64,000 nucleotides of DNA from an uncultured Pseudomonadales bacterium (GTDB lineage Bacteria > Patescibacteriota > Microgenomatia > UBA1400 > CAYNMC01): NCBI GenBank assembly GCA_964414895.1, contig CAYPXO010000003.1, forward strand, positions 12,284-76,283. The letters run 5' to 3'. The position numbers and the translations under genes are program-made. Positions within the stretch are counted from its first letter, which is position 1; every line of letters starts with the position of its first letter. Positions 9,508-18,909 of this stretch are shown piece after piece. The notes under the pieces were generated by a model. The model ran no database searches. It was not told the origin of the DNA and worked only from the letters and a program-made list of their open reading frames with translations.

Positions 9508-9596
9508 ACTTTAAGGAAACCACTTTTGCCGCTTTCTGGTTTCCTATAGGAAACCACTATTAGTCTAAGTGAAAAGAGAGTTGTTGTCAAGGGAGC

Positions 9597-10019
9597 TTAT
9601 TTATAGAATTTTTCAAAAATCTCCAAAAATTGTTTTGGTTTTATAATCAAGGTCTTTTTGAACTTTTTTAAGACAAGCAAGTCTCTATCGCCAGTGATAA
9701 TAAAGTCCGCTTTTGCTTCCCAAGCCAGTTCTAAAAAAATATTGTCTTTTTTGTCACGAGTAATATTTAGCTTTTTCTGTGGCAGAAAGCGGATTGTTTT
9801 AAATTCTAAAATAGAAATTAAGTTCTCAATTAAAGAGTTGCTTACTTTGAATTTTTTTAGCTTGGAAAGAAGTTCAAATTCTGTTTCCGGAGAAGTGACC
9901 AGCTCTATTTTTGACTCTTTTACTAATCTTAGAACTTTTTCCGGATTGCCGCCCCACAGGATTCCAGAAACGAAGACATTAGTGTCTATGACCACTTTAT
10001 GCTTTATCAATGATTTCAT
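9597..10019 (-). CDS. PIN-domain toxin (VapC-like)
   Basis: VVIDTNVFVS N-terminal acidic motif and a later TGDRDL motif. Co-oriented with, and overlapping, the upstream antitoxin gene. Confidence 0.6.
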   Translation of the reverse strand: MKSLIKHKVVIDTNVFVSGILWGGNPEKVLRLVKESKIELVTSPETEFELLSKLKKFKVSNSLIENLISILEFKTIRFLPQKKLNITRDKKDNIFLELAWEAKADFIITGDRDLLVLKKFKKTLIIKPKQFLEIFEKFYK

Positions 10020-10293
10020 AGACTTTTTCTTCTGACAATTTTTTTAAGTTAATCTTTTTCTTTTTAGCCCATTTTTTAAACTCTTTTTTTCCTTTCTTTA
10101 AAAGCTGTTCAAAGCGAAGTTTCCACATTTTTTCTTTTTTTTCTTCACCAACAAGATAATCCCTATAAGGGATTAAAACCACCTCGGGAAGACTATCGCG
10201 GACAATAACTACTTTTTTTCTTTTACTAGCGACCGAGGAGACAATTTTGCTTAGGTTATTCCTTGCTTGGGTGATATTTATTATCTGTTGCAT
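9997..10293 (-). CDS. Phd/YefM-family antitoxin
   Basis: N-terminal ITQARNNLSKIV...VVIVRD pattern. Overlaps the PIN gene by 23 nt. Confidence 0.5.
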   Translation of the reverse strand: MQQIINITQARNNLSKIVSSVASKRKKVVIVRDSLPEVVLIPYRDYLVGEEKKEKMWKLRFEQLLKKGKKEFKKWAKKKKINLKKLSEEKVYEIIDKA

Positions 10294-10295
10294 AC

Positions 10296-10345
10296 AAGAG
10301 ACATTGTATGTGACATTAATTTAAATGTCAAGTTTTATTATTAAA
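10296..10345. promoter_or_regulatory. Palindromic candidate operator upstream of the Phd-PIN operon (TGACATTAATTTAAATGTCA, plus CGACGATCGTCG)
   Basis: Near-perfect 20 bp palindrome immediately 5' of the antitoxin start on the minus strand. Confidence 0.4.
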
Positions 10346-10416
10346 GACACCGACGATCGTCGGTCTAGATGATAATTCTAAGGGGTGAATTAAGAAAGAA
10401 AAAAGTTTAAATCTTT

Positions 10417-11292
10417 TCAAATTCGTCCAAATTTCTCTAAGAGTTTTCTTTGTTCTCGGGTGAGTTTTTCTGGAATTTGGACAATGATTTTAATGTATTG
10501 ATCGCCTTTGTAAGAAGATCTCGGGCGAGAGATTCCTTTACTCCGAAGGCGAATCAAGGTGCCCGGCTGAGTGCCCGGCCTTATTTTTATTTTTACATTG
10601 CCTTCAATTGTTGGCACTTGCGTTTCTCCACCTAAAGCAGCTAGGGTGAAAGGAATTCTTTTTTCTACCAAAACATCAAAACCTTCTCTTTTGAAAGTCT
10701 CGTCAGCTAAAACATCAATAGAAACATAAAAGTTGGAAAATCTAATTCTGGTGCCATCATCAACGCCGGCCGGGATTTTTATTTTTTTCTCTTTCCCTTG
10801 ATGGATAATTGTTTTCTCACAACCTTTGACCGCTTCCATAAAAGAAATCTTTAGGCTGTAGCGAGGAATTCTTTGTCTTTGACGAAAAGGAGTTCCGCCG
10901 CCAAAAAAAGACTCAAATATCTCAAAAGGATCGGAGAAACCGCCGAAGTCAAAACCCAAATCTTCAAAAGGCGAGCCACCACCGGAGGTTGTATAGGTAT
11001 AGGTAAATGGGCCTTGTTTGTAGGTTCGGCTACCCGGTCCTCCTTCAAAGCCGCCAAAGCCACCGGCTCCGAAAGCAGCATGGCCAAATTGATCATAAGC
11101 TTGCTTCTTTTTTGGATTAGATAAGACTTCGTAGGCTTGGTTTATTTCTTTGAACTTTTTTTCCGCCTCTTGGGATTTGTTTTTGTCCGGATGCCACTTT
11201 AAAGCCAGCTTTCTGTAAGCTTGTTTGATTTCGGATGTTGAAGCATTTTTGGAAACGCCTAAAATATCGTAATAGTCTCTTTTTGTAGCCAC
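10417..11292 (-). CDS. dnaJ: DnaJ-class co-chaperone lacking the zinc-finger domain (CbpA/DnaJB-like)
   Basis: J domain YYDILGV...HPDKN. G/F-rich region. No CxxCxGxG repeats. Confidence 0.75.
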   Translation of the reverse strand: MATKRDYYDILGVSKNASTSEIKQAYRKLALKWHPDKNKSQEAEKKFKEINQAYEVLSNPKKKQAYDQFGHAAFGAGGFGGFEGGPGSRTYKQGPFTYTYTTSGGGSPFEDLGFDFGGFSDPFEIFESFFGGGTPFRQRQRIPRYSLKISFMEAVKGCEKTIIHQGKEKKIKIPAGVDDGTRIRFSNFYVSIDVLADETFKREGFDVLVEKRIPFTLAALGGETQVPTIEGNVKIKIRPGTQPGTLIRLRSKGISRPRSSYKGDQYIKIIVQIPEKLTREQRKLLEKFGRI

Positions 11293-11395
11293 GTTCCCTC
11301 ACTTTTATTCGGTCAAATTAAAAATTAAAAATGAAAAATTAAAAATTTTTTAATATAGCTCTTTAAAAACAAAATGGCGGGTTTTTAAAAGCTGT

Positions 11396-11500
11396 TTTTT
11401 ATTCTCCTTGTCATTCCTGACCTGATAAGGAATCTATAAAAATAAAACTTATCTGTATAGATTCCTGCCTTCGCAGGAATGACAAAGGTGACATTTTGTT
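11396..11500. repeat. Palindromic MITE-like repeat family 3, copy A
   Basis: ttgtcattcctgac...ggaatctataaaaataaaact...tatagattcctg...ggaatgacaaaggtgacattttgttttaacat. Related copies at 25109-25250 and 61930-62060. Confidence 0.6.
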
Positions 11501-11612
11501 TTAACATTGCTATAGAAAGAAATTAATTCTTAAAGGCCCTCCTCCAAGGAGGGCCCTCTTAAATTTTAAATTTTGAGTTGCAATTTTACATTTTGCTTTT
11601 TAAATTTTGAAT

Positions 11613-13523
11613 TTATTCTACTACCTCTCCCTCTTCTGCCTTTCCTTTGTCCTCCCTATCTTTTTCTTTTTTCTTTTTCTTTTTTTTGTCTTTTTGCTGG
11701 CTGCTGGCTGCTGGCTGCTGGCTTTGCGCTTGATACATCTTCTCTCCTATTTTCTGCAGTTTTTCAGATAAATCTTTGTTTGCCTGATTAACGTTTTCTT
11801 TAGTAACATCATCTTTTTTGGTAAGCTCTCTGACCTTTTTTATTTCTTCCTCTATTTCTTTTTTTTCGCTGTCAGAGACCTTGTCACCAGCGTCTTTGAG
11901 CGTTTTTTCAGCGACAAAGCAAAGATTGTCTGCTTGATTTTTAGCTTCAATTAGCTCTTTTTGACTTTTGTCCTCCTCGGCGTGTTTTTCCGCCTCTTTG
12001 GTCATTTTTTCCACCTCTTCTTTTTCTAAACCGGTGGACCCTTGGATAGTAATTTTTTGTTCTTTGCTGGTTGCCTTGTCTTTGGCAGTGACATTCAAGA
12101 TGCCATTGGCATCAATGTCAAAAGTAACCTCAATTTGAGGAACACCCCTTGGGGCCGGTGGGATACCGTCTAGGATGAAACGTCCCAGAGACTTGTTATC
12201 TGCTGACATTGGTCTTTCCCCTTGAAGAACATGGACTTCAACTTGAGTTTGGTTGTCAGCAGCAGTGGAAAAGACTTGGGATTTGGAAGCAGGGATGGTA
12301 GTGTTGCGCTCAATCATCGGCGTTGCCACTCCTCCCAAAGTTTCAATAGATAGAGTCAAAGGAGTGACATCCAAAAGAAGGACGTCTTTGACATCACCGG
12401 CCAGGACTCCGCCTTGGATAGCCGCCCCGACAGCAACTACCTCGTCGGGATTAACGCTTCTGTTTGGCTCTTTACCAAAGAACTTTTTCACTTCTTGGTA
12501 AATTTTCGGAACTCTTGTCATTCCGCCAACCATAATGATCTCATCAATATCTTTAGTTTGTAGTTTGGCGTCTTTAAGACAGTCTTTGACCGGCTTTATT
12601 GATTTTTCAATCAAATCACTGACAAGTTCTTCCAGCTTGGCTCGGGTTAGCTTCATTGTTAAATGAAGTGGCCCTTGATTACCTTGGGTGATAAATGGTT
12701 GGTTTATCTCTGTTTGCTGAGATGAGGAAAGCTCGATTTTTGCTTTTTCGGCAGCATCGCGAATTCGTTGCAAAGCCTGAGGGTCAGCTCTTAAATCAAT
12801 GCCATGTTCTTTTTTGAACTCTTCAGCAATATAATCGGTGATTTCTTTGTCAAAATCATCGCCTCCCAAGTGAGTATCGCCATTTGTTGCTTTAACTTCG
12901 TAAACTCCCTCTCCCAGCTCCAAGATGGAAATATCAAAAGTTCCTCCTCCCAAATCATAAACGGCGATTGTTTTTGCTCCTTTTTTCTCTAACCCATAGG
13001 CCAGCGAGGCGGCGGTAGGTTCGTTAATAATTCTTTTAACCTTGAGTCCGGCTATCTCTCCGGCTTCTTTGGTGGCGCTTCGCTGGCTGTCGTCAAAATA
13101 AGCAGGGACAGTGATGACAGCATCGGTTACTTTTTCCCCTAAATAACTTTCGGCATCAGATTTTGCTTTTTGCAATATTTTGGCAGAAATCTCTTGCGGG
13201 GTGTAAGTTTTTCCTTCCACCTCAATGCAAGCAAGGCCTTTTTTACCGGCAACAATTTTATAAGGAAGCCATTTTTTATCTTTTTGAACAGAACTATCTT
13301 TAAACCTTTTTCCCATAAGCCGCTTAATACTAAAAATGGTATTTTGGGGATTGAGAACCATTTGTCTTTTGGCGACATCACCAACGAGATTTTTTGTTGG
13401 TTCTACAACTGAAGGGATAACATTGCGGCCTTCGGTCGAGTGAATAACTTTTGGTTTGCCGCCTTCCATAACAGCGACACAAGAATTGGTTGTTCCTAAA
13501 TCAATACCGATTATTTTACTCAT
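11613..13523 (-). CDS. dnaK: Molecular chaperone DnaK (Hsp70)
   Basis: [22 protein letters not shown] and other Hsp70 signatures. 636 aa. Confidence 0.95.
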   Translation of the reverse strand: MSKIIGIDLGTTNSCVAVMEGGKPKVIHSTEGRNVIPSVVEPTKNLVGDVAKRQMVLNPQNTIFSIKRLMGKRFKDSSVQKDKKWLPYKIVAGKKGLACIEVEGKTYTPQEISAKILQKAKSDAESYLGEKVTDAVITVPAYFDDSQRSATKEAGEIAGLKVKRIINEPTAASLAYGLEKKGAKTIAVYDLGGGTFDISILELGEGVYEVKATNGDTHLGGDDFDKEITDYIAEEFKKEHGIDLRADPQALQRIRDAAEKAKIELSSSQQTEINQPFITQGNQGPLHLTMKLTRAKLEELVSDLIEKSIKPVKDCLKDAKLQTKDIDEIIMVGGMTRVPKIYQEVKKFFGKEPNRSVNPDEVVAVGAAIQGGVLAGDVKDVLLLDVTPLTLSIETLGGVATPMIERNTTIPASKSQVFSTAADNQTQVEVHVLQGERPMSADNKSLGRFILDGIPPAPRGVPQIEVTFDIDANGILNVTAKDKATSKEQKITIQGSTGLEKEEVEKMTKEAEKHAEEDKSQKELIEAKNQADNLCFVAEKTLKDAGDKVSDSEKKEIEEEIKKVRELTKKDDVTKENVNQANKDLSEKLQKIGEKMYQAQSQQPAASSQQKDKKKKKKKEKDREDKGKAEEGEVVE

Positions 13524-13569
13524 GCTGACCTCCTTTTACCCTTAATTTGTAATTTCAATTTGAAATTTG

Positions 13570-14037
13570 TCATTTGTCATTTGCAATTTTATTTTTCCCT
13601 ACCACCACTCTAGCAACCCGTAGCACTTTATCTTTAAACATATATCCTTTTTCCAGCACTCCCAGCACTTTTCCTTTTTTTCCTTTTTTAACATCAATAC
13701 ACTCCATTATTGTAGTGTCAAACTCACTTCCTTTTTGAATATTAATGTCATTTAAGCCTTCTGTCTGCAGAATTTTTTTAAACTCGTTAAGAATTAGTTT
13801 TAACCCTTCATCTTTTAAAGAAAGGACTGCTTTTTCTAAGTTTTCCAAGACAGAAAGTAATTTTAAGAGAAGTTCTTTGTTGGCAAACTCGATCCAGTCC
13901 TTTTTTTGCGCTTCTGTTTTTTTCTCTAAATTTTGGTAGTCAGCCAGAGCTCTCTTCCATTTTTCTGTTAACTGTTGGTTTTGTTCTTCCAATTCTTTTA
14001 TTCTTTTTTTATTTTTTTTAGCTTTGGGCTTTTTCAT
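13570..14037 (-). CDS. grpE: Nucleotide exchange factor GrpE
   Basis: Coiled-coil N-terminus and GrpE C-terminal beta domain. Position between hrcA and dnaK. Confidence 0.8.
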   Translation of the reverse strand: MKKPKAKKNKKRIKELEEQNQQLTEKWKRALADYQNLEKKTEAQKKDWIEFANKELLLKLLSVLENLEKAVLSLKDEGLKLILNEFKKILQTEGLNDINIQKGSEFDTTIMECIDVKKGKKGKVLGVLEKGYMFKDKVLRVARVVVGKNKIANDK

Positions 14038-14038
14038 A

Positions 14039-14767
14039 TTACCAATTTTTAAGAGCGTTGTTAATTAAATCGCCAAAATATCTAACAGTTGGTATTACCC
14101 ACGGATAGTCCAGTCGTGAAGGACCAAAAACACCAATAGAGCCGCTTATTACAGGCGACCTGAATTCTGTATAGACCAATCCACAAGGAGAGAGATATTC
14201 TAAGCCTAACTCTTCTCCTACCAACACATGAAGCGGTCCTTCGTCAACGGCCTTTTTGAATATTTGCTGGATAATTGAGAAGTCTTCAATTATTGACAGA
14301 ACGGTTTTGGTTACTTCAATATCAAGAAATTCCGGCATATCCAAGATATTAGCGTAGCCGGCATGGAAAACATCACCTTTTTCCGTTGCCGCTACAGCCA
14401 AAGTGGAAGTCTTTTTTGCCAGCAGTTGAGCAGCTTTGGAAAGAAGTCTGTTTAATTCATGTCTTTGATCCCAAATTTTCTCTTTCAGGGTAACTTCGTC
14501 GGTGACTGTTAGCTGTTTTTCTTCCATTAGCTGTTTAATATACAATTTTAAAGCAGCAGGAGTAGGTGAGCGACCAGCAGAGGTATGTGGTTGATAGAGA
14601 AGATCTTTTTTTTCCAACTGGACCATCTCGTTTCTTATTGTAGCTGGCGAAATACCGAGATTATATTTTTTGTCCAAAGTATCGCTGCCGACAGGCTTTC
14701 CGGTTTGGATATGCTCCTCGGTTATGATTTTTAATATTTTTAATTGCCTGGGGCTTAAGTCAGTCAT
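14039..14767 (-). CDS. hrcA: Heat-inducible transcriptional repressor HrcA (short form)
   Basis: N-terminal winged-helix LSPRQLKILKIITEEHIQTGKPVGS. First gene of the dnaK operon. CIRCE immediately upstream. Confidence 0.8.
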   Translation of the reverse strand: MTDLSPRQLKILKIITEEHIQTGKPVGSDTLDKKYNLGISPATIRNEMVQLEKKDLLYQPHTSAGRSPTPAALKLYIKQLMEEKQLTVTDEVTLKEKIWDQRHELNRLLSKAAQLLAKKTSTLAVAATEKGDVFHAGYANILDMPEFLDIEVTKTVLSIIEDFSIIQQIFKKAVDEGPLHVLVGEELGLEYLSPCGLVYTEFRSPVISGSIGVFGPSRLDYPWVIPTVRYFGDLINNALKNW

Positions 14768-14797
14768 AAGAGATAAATATTTATTTTTTATTTTTAC

Positions 14798-14824
14798 TTA
14801 GCACTATCTTAACAAGAGTGCTAA
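14798..14824. promoter_or_regulatory. CIRCE operator (TTAGCACT-N10-GAGTGCTAA)
   Basis: ttagcactatcttaacaagagtgctaa lies 30 bp upstream of the hrcA start and matches the HrcA inverted-repeat consensus. Confidence 0.85.
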
Positions 14825-14844
14825 AATTTGTCAAGAGAGAAGAA

Positions 14845-16848
14845 TTACATCTTTTCCAAAGACTTAATTCCTAAAAGAAAAAGGCCATTTTTGAGAATTT
14901 GGGCACTAGCAGCGGTTAAAAGAAGCCTTAGTTTTTTTTGTTCTTTGTTGGGGCCTAAAATAGGATGTTTATTATAAAAGGTGTTGTATTTTTGTGCTAG
15001 TTCGTAAAGAAAATGGCAGATAAGATTGGGGCTGTAATTTTGCCCTGCTTCCAAAACTGTTTCGGGAAACCGATAAAGCCAGCGGAGAATGGCTGATTCC
15101 TCAGAATTTATTGTTCGAGCATAGTCGAGAACACATCCAACAGATTTAGTCCGAGCTTCTCGACTCCCCCGCAAGATGCGGGATCGCTCGAAGAATAAAC
15201 CTCTTTTTTCTTTTTCTCTTGCCTTTCTCAAAACACTTTTACAGCGAGCATAAGTGTATTGTAGATACGGTCCGGAATTGCCTTCGAGGGAAATTGATTC
15301 TTTAAAATCAAAAACCAAGTCCTGGCCGGGACTGACTTTTAAAAATGAGTATTTAACAGCGCCAATCGCTATTTTTTCAGCCACTTCTTCTGAAGTTTTG
15401 GGAAAAGCTTTTTTAATCTTTCCTCTAGCCTTGTCAAGCAATCCCTCACCAGTTATCACTGTTCCCAACCGAGAACTCATCTTCCCTTTTTTCAATCTTA
15501 CCCATCCATAAACTAGGTGAAACTGTTTGTCCTTATATTTTTCTGGCTCAAGTAGTTCTTCTACTTTAAAAGTGACTTTGAAAAAACTAGTCTGTTCCGG
15601 ACCGACTACATGGATATTCTTTTCTAGCTGTCCGAACTTGGAGAATTCCAATTGAGCCAATTTTAATTCTTTGCCTTCATAAGTGGGTAGCCCTAAAGAG
15701 TTAACAAAAACTCGGGTGTCCAAACCGAAAGAGCTGCCATCAAAAACAATTGCCCCTTTACTCTTTTTTAAAACTCCTTTTTTCAAAGCTTGGTGGGCCA
15801 AATCAACTCCCTCTAAACACTCACTTTCATAAAAACGGCGGTTATATTTGGTATAAACACGCTTGTAGATTCTTTCAAAATAATCCAAACTCCATTGCCT
15901 GGTTTCTTTCCAGAGTTGATAAATCTCGTTTAATTTTTCCTTTTTCCCTTTGACAAATTGGAGATAGTCGGTAGAACCAGGAAAAACTCCTTTTTCCTGC
16001 TGGAATTTTTGAGCGGCAGCGTAAATTAGAAAATTAATATCTTTTATTTCCCCCTTTGATTTTTTATCTTCTTCATACTCCTTGTTTCCCATAACATAAG
16101 CCCAACCCAAAACCTTCATTTTTATTGAAGGATCTGCATTTTCTATAGGATGTCCATGTTTTGTCTTGAAACCTTCATGATCAGTTTTTTTAATATACCC
16201 ATAGAGGCATTTGGCAATATGCAATCCCACATCACCCTGATAATTAGTTCTAATAATCTCAAAACCACTAGCTTCAAGAATCCGAGCGATTGCCTCACCC
16301 AAACTAATATTCCGCAAGTGACCAATATGGAACTGTTTGTGGGTATTCGGATGGGCATACTCAACCATCACTTTCTTATTCTTACCAGTCTTTGGTCTTC
16401 CATATTCCTCTCCTTTTTTTAGCACTCGCTGAAGCTCTTTGATAAACCATTCATTTTTTATTGATATATTAACAAAACCAGGTTTAACAGCCTGGATTTT
16501 ATAGCTATATTGTTTTATTGTTATATTGTTTTTTAGTTCTTTAACAATCTCTTCAGCTAGTTCCATGGGGGTTTTTGATTTGACACGATCGCTAAACTTT
16601 TTTAGAGCGATCGTGTCATCCTGAGCGCGCCTGATTCGATGTGACGAATCAGGCAGTCGAAGAATCTCTCCTTTAAGCTTTAATGCCACATTCGTGGCAT
16701 AATCCCCAAATTCCTCATTCTCCGGATGCTCCAAGTGAACCTCTTCAGGCTTCAAGGACAGTCCTTGTAATCTGTTAACCGCCTCAGCAATTGCTTTTTG
16801 AAGCTGGTATTGAAGAAAGTCTTCTGGTAAATTAATTTGCAATTTCAT
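14845..16848 (-). CDS. argS: Arginine--tRNA ligase
   Basis: HIGH motif FHIGHLRN. NYQGDVGLHI segment. C-terminal DALR anticodon-binding region. Confidence 0.8.
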   Translation of the reverse strand: MKLQINLPEDFLQYQLQKAIAEAVNRLQGLSLKPEEVHLEHPENEEFGDYATNVALKLKGEILRLPDSSHRIRRAQDDTIALKKFSDRVKSKTPMELAEEIVKELKNNITIKQYSYKIQAVKPGFVNISIKNEWFIKELQRVLKKGEEYGRPKTGKNKKVMVEYAHPNTHKQFHIGHLRNISLGEAIARILEASGFEIIRTNYQGDVGLHIAKCLYGYIKKTDHEGFKTKHGHPIENADPSIKMKVLGWAYVMGNKEYEEDKKSKGEIKDINFLIYAAAQKFQQEKGVFPGSTDYLQFVKGKKEKLNEIYQLWKETRQWSLDYFERIYKRVYTKYNRRFYESECLEGVDLAHQALKKGVLKKSKGAIVFDGSSFGLDTRVFVNSLGLPTYEGKELKLAQLEFSKFGQLEKNIHVVGPEQTSFFKVTFKVEELLEPEKYKDKQFHLVYGWVRLKKGKMSSRLGTVITGEGLLDKARGKIKKAFPKTSEEVAEKIAIGAVKYSFLKVSPGQDLVFDFKESISLEGNSGPYLQYTYARCKSVLRKAREKEKRGLFFERSRILRGSREARTKSVGCVLDYARTINSEESAILRWLYRFPETVLEAGQNYSPNLICHFLYELAQKYNTFYNKHPILGPNKEQKKLRLLLTAASAQILKNGLFLLGIKSLEKM

Positions 16849-17095
16849 CTTTAGTTCCTCATTGTTAAAACCATCTTAAGGTCTTTGCCATAAAGTCGGT
16901 TTTTCGAGCCTCCTTTTATAAAAATTAATTATTATGATTTTACCAACTTTAAAAAAGGAGTGAAAGACAATTAATCTTATCATCTGCCTTTTTAAATTCA
17001 AATATCTTAAGATGTGGTACGAAGAGGAAGATTGTTAAGAAAAGAGCTTTCTTTTAAGACTATTCGTGTTTTAGGCTTTTTGTTAGACTGAAAAA

Positions 17096-18475
17096 GTGAA
17101 AGTTGTTGCTGATCTTCATCTTCATTCAAGATATTCCCGGGCGGTTTCCCAAAAGATGGATCTTGGTAATTTGGCTTATTGGGCTAGTCTTAAAGGAATA
17201 GATCTTTTGGGAACGGCCGATTTTACCCATCCTTTATGGTTGCGGGAACTTAAAAGCGGACTTGAAGAGATGGCTGAGGGAATTTATAGTTTAAAGGATT
17301 CTTTTCTACAAGGACAGTCCTTGAAACTTTCAAGGACTGTCCTTAAAAAGATAAAGTTTGTTTTAACTACGGAGATAAGCTCGATTTATTCTCAAGGAGG
17401 GAAAGCAAGGAGGATACACAACCTTCTGTTTGCTCCTGATTTTGATACTGTTAGAAGAATTATCCAAAAATTGAAAAGTAATGGTGTTAATTTGATGGCT
17501 GATGGGCGACCGATGATTGGTTTATCTTCAAAGCAGCTCTGTGAATTAGTTTGGTCCGTTAATGAAGAAGTATTGCTAGTGCCTGCTCATGTTTGGACTC
17601 CTTGGTATTCTCTTTACGGATCAAAATCCGGCTTTGATTCTATAAAGGAATGTTATGGTGAATTTAGTGATCGGATTTATGCTATTGAGACAGGTTTGAG
17701 CAGCGACCCAGCGATGAATTGGCGGATTGAGGAATTAAATAAGCGTTCGATCGTTTCTTTTAGCGATGCTCATTCTGCTAGCAAGCTGGGCAGAGAAGCA
17801 ACGGTTTTCAAGCGAAAAGCGAAAAGCGAAAAGCGAAAAGCCATAGATAATTTTAATTTTCAAGATTTAGCTGGAGCTATTAGACAAGATGAAAATTCTG
17901 ACTGGGAGGTTGCTTACACAATCGAGTTTTACCCTCAAGAGGGCAAATACCATTGGACTGGTCACCGGAAATGCGGCGTTGTTCACTCGCCTGAGCAAAC
18001 CGCCAAAAAAGGCTCTCTTTGTCCTGTTTGCGGTAGGAATTTGACTGTTGGGGTGATGCATAGAGTGGAAGACTTAGCCAAAGGGAGAAAGATCAAGGTG
18101 GAAATAAAGACTAATAAGAGCGGCACCAAAGGGAACTATTGTCTTAGTCAATCTAATCGGCCGCCCTTTGTTACTTTGGTTCCCCTTTTGGAAATCATAG
18201 CTGAAAGTTTAGGGATGAGTTCAGTAGGCAAAAAAGTCTTAGGCCAATATTTTTTGTTAACGGAGAAACTCGGAAGAGAGTTGACAATTTTGCTTAGCAC
18301 TCCTCTTGGGGATATTGAGAAAATTGCTGGTTCTCGGTTGGCAGAAGGAATAGGGAAAGTGAGAAGAAGAGAAATTGTTATCAATCCCGGCTATGATGGC
18401 CTTTTTGGAGAAGTAAAAATTTGGGGAGAAAAAAGGAAAGAGGATCTTGTCAAAGAACAAATGAGTCTGCTTTAA
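17096..18475 (+). CDS. Endonuclease Q (EndoQ) homolog: PHP domain plus Zn ribbon
   Basis: DLHLHSRYS PHP motif. PAHVWTPWYSLY. SFSDAHS..LGRE. CPVCG zinc ribbon. PPFVTLVPLLEIIA. C-terminal PGYDGLFGEVKI. All parallel the archaeal EndoQ architecture recalled from memory. Confidence 0.7.
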   Translation: MKVVADLHLHSRYSRAVSQKMDLGNLAYWASLKGIDLLGTADFTHPLWLRELKSGLEEMAEGIYSLKDSFLQGQSLKLSRTVLKKIKFVLTTEISSIYSQGGKARRIHNLLFAPDFDTVRRIIQKLKSNGVNLMADGRPMIGLSSKQLCELVWSVNEEVLLVPAHVWTPWYSLYGSKSGFDSIKECYGEFSDRIYAIETGLSSDPAMNWRIEELNKRSIVSFSDAHSASKLGREATVFKRKAKSEKRKAIDNFNFQDLAGAIRQDENSDWEVAYTIEFYPQEGKYHWTGHRKCGVVHSPEQTAKKGSLCPVCGRNLTVGVMHRVEDLAKGRKIKVEIKTNKSGTKGNYCLSQSNRPPFVTLVPLLEIIAESLGMSSVGKKVLGQYFLLTEKLGRELTILLSTPLGDIEKIAGSRLAEGIGKVRRREIVINPGYDGLFGEVKIWGEKRKEDLVKEQMSLL

Positions 18476-18524
18476 TATTATTTATAGACCTGCCTTTATT
18501 AAGTTATGGCGGGTAAGGAGGGAG

Positions 18525-18857
18525 GTGAAAATGCCAAATAAAAAACTTGCCTATGGGCTAGAAAGAAATACCGCCGCCGCTTTGGCTTATATAGGAATTT
18601 GGATTAGTGGGTTGATCTTTTTTCTAATCGAAAAGGAAGATAAGTTTGTCCGCTTTCATGCCCTTCAATCAATAGTTGTTTTTGGAGGGCTGACAATAGC
18701 AATGATAGTTCCTGTTCTTGGTTGGGCTCTAGCTCCTCTTATTTGGGTGCTTGGTTTTGTTCTATGGCTGGTTTGTATAGTTAAGGCTTATCAAGGAGAA
18801 AGATTTTTTGTTCCTTTTGTTGGCCGTTTTGTGGAGAAGAAACTAAAAGACATGTAA
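18525..18857 (+). CDS. DUF4870-family small membrane protein
   Basis: AALAYIGIWISGLIFFLIEKEDKFVRFHALQS is the characteristic N-terminal motif. Four TM helices. Confidence 0.6.
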   Translation: MKMPNKKLAYGLERNTAAALAYIGIWISGLIFFLIEKEDKFVRFHALQSIVVFGGLTIAMIVPVLGWALAPLIWVLGFVLWLVCIVKAYQGERFFVPFVGRFVEKKLKDM

Positions 18858-18909
18858 ACCTTTTCCTTTATTGAAATAGAGATGGTTTTGTGTTATATAT
18901 GGCTTTGGA

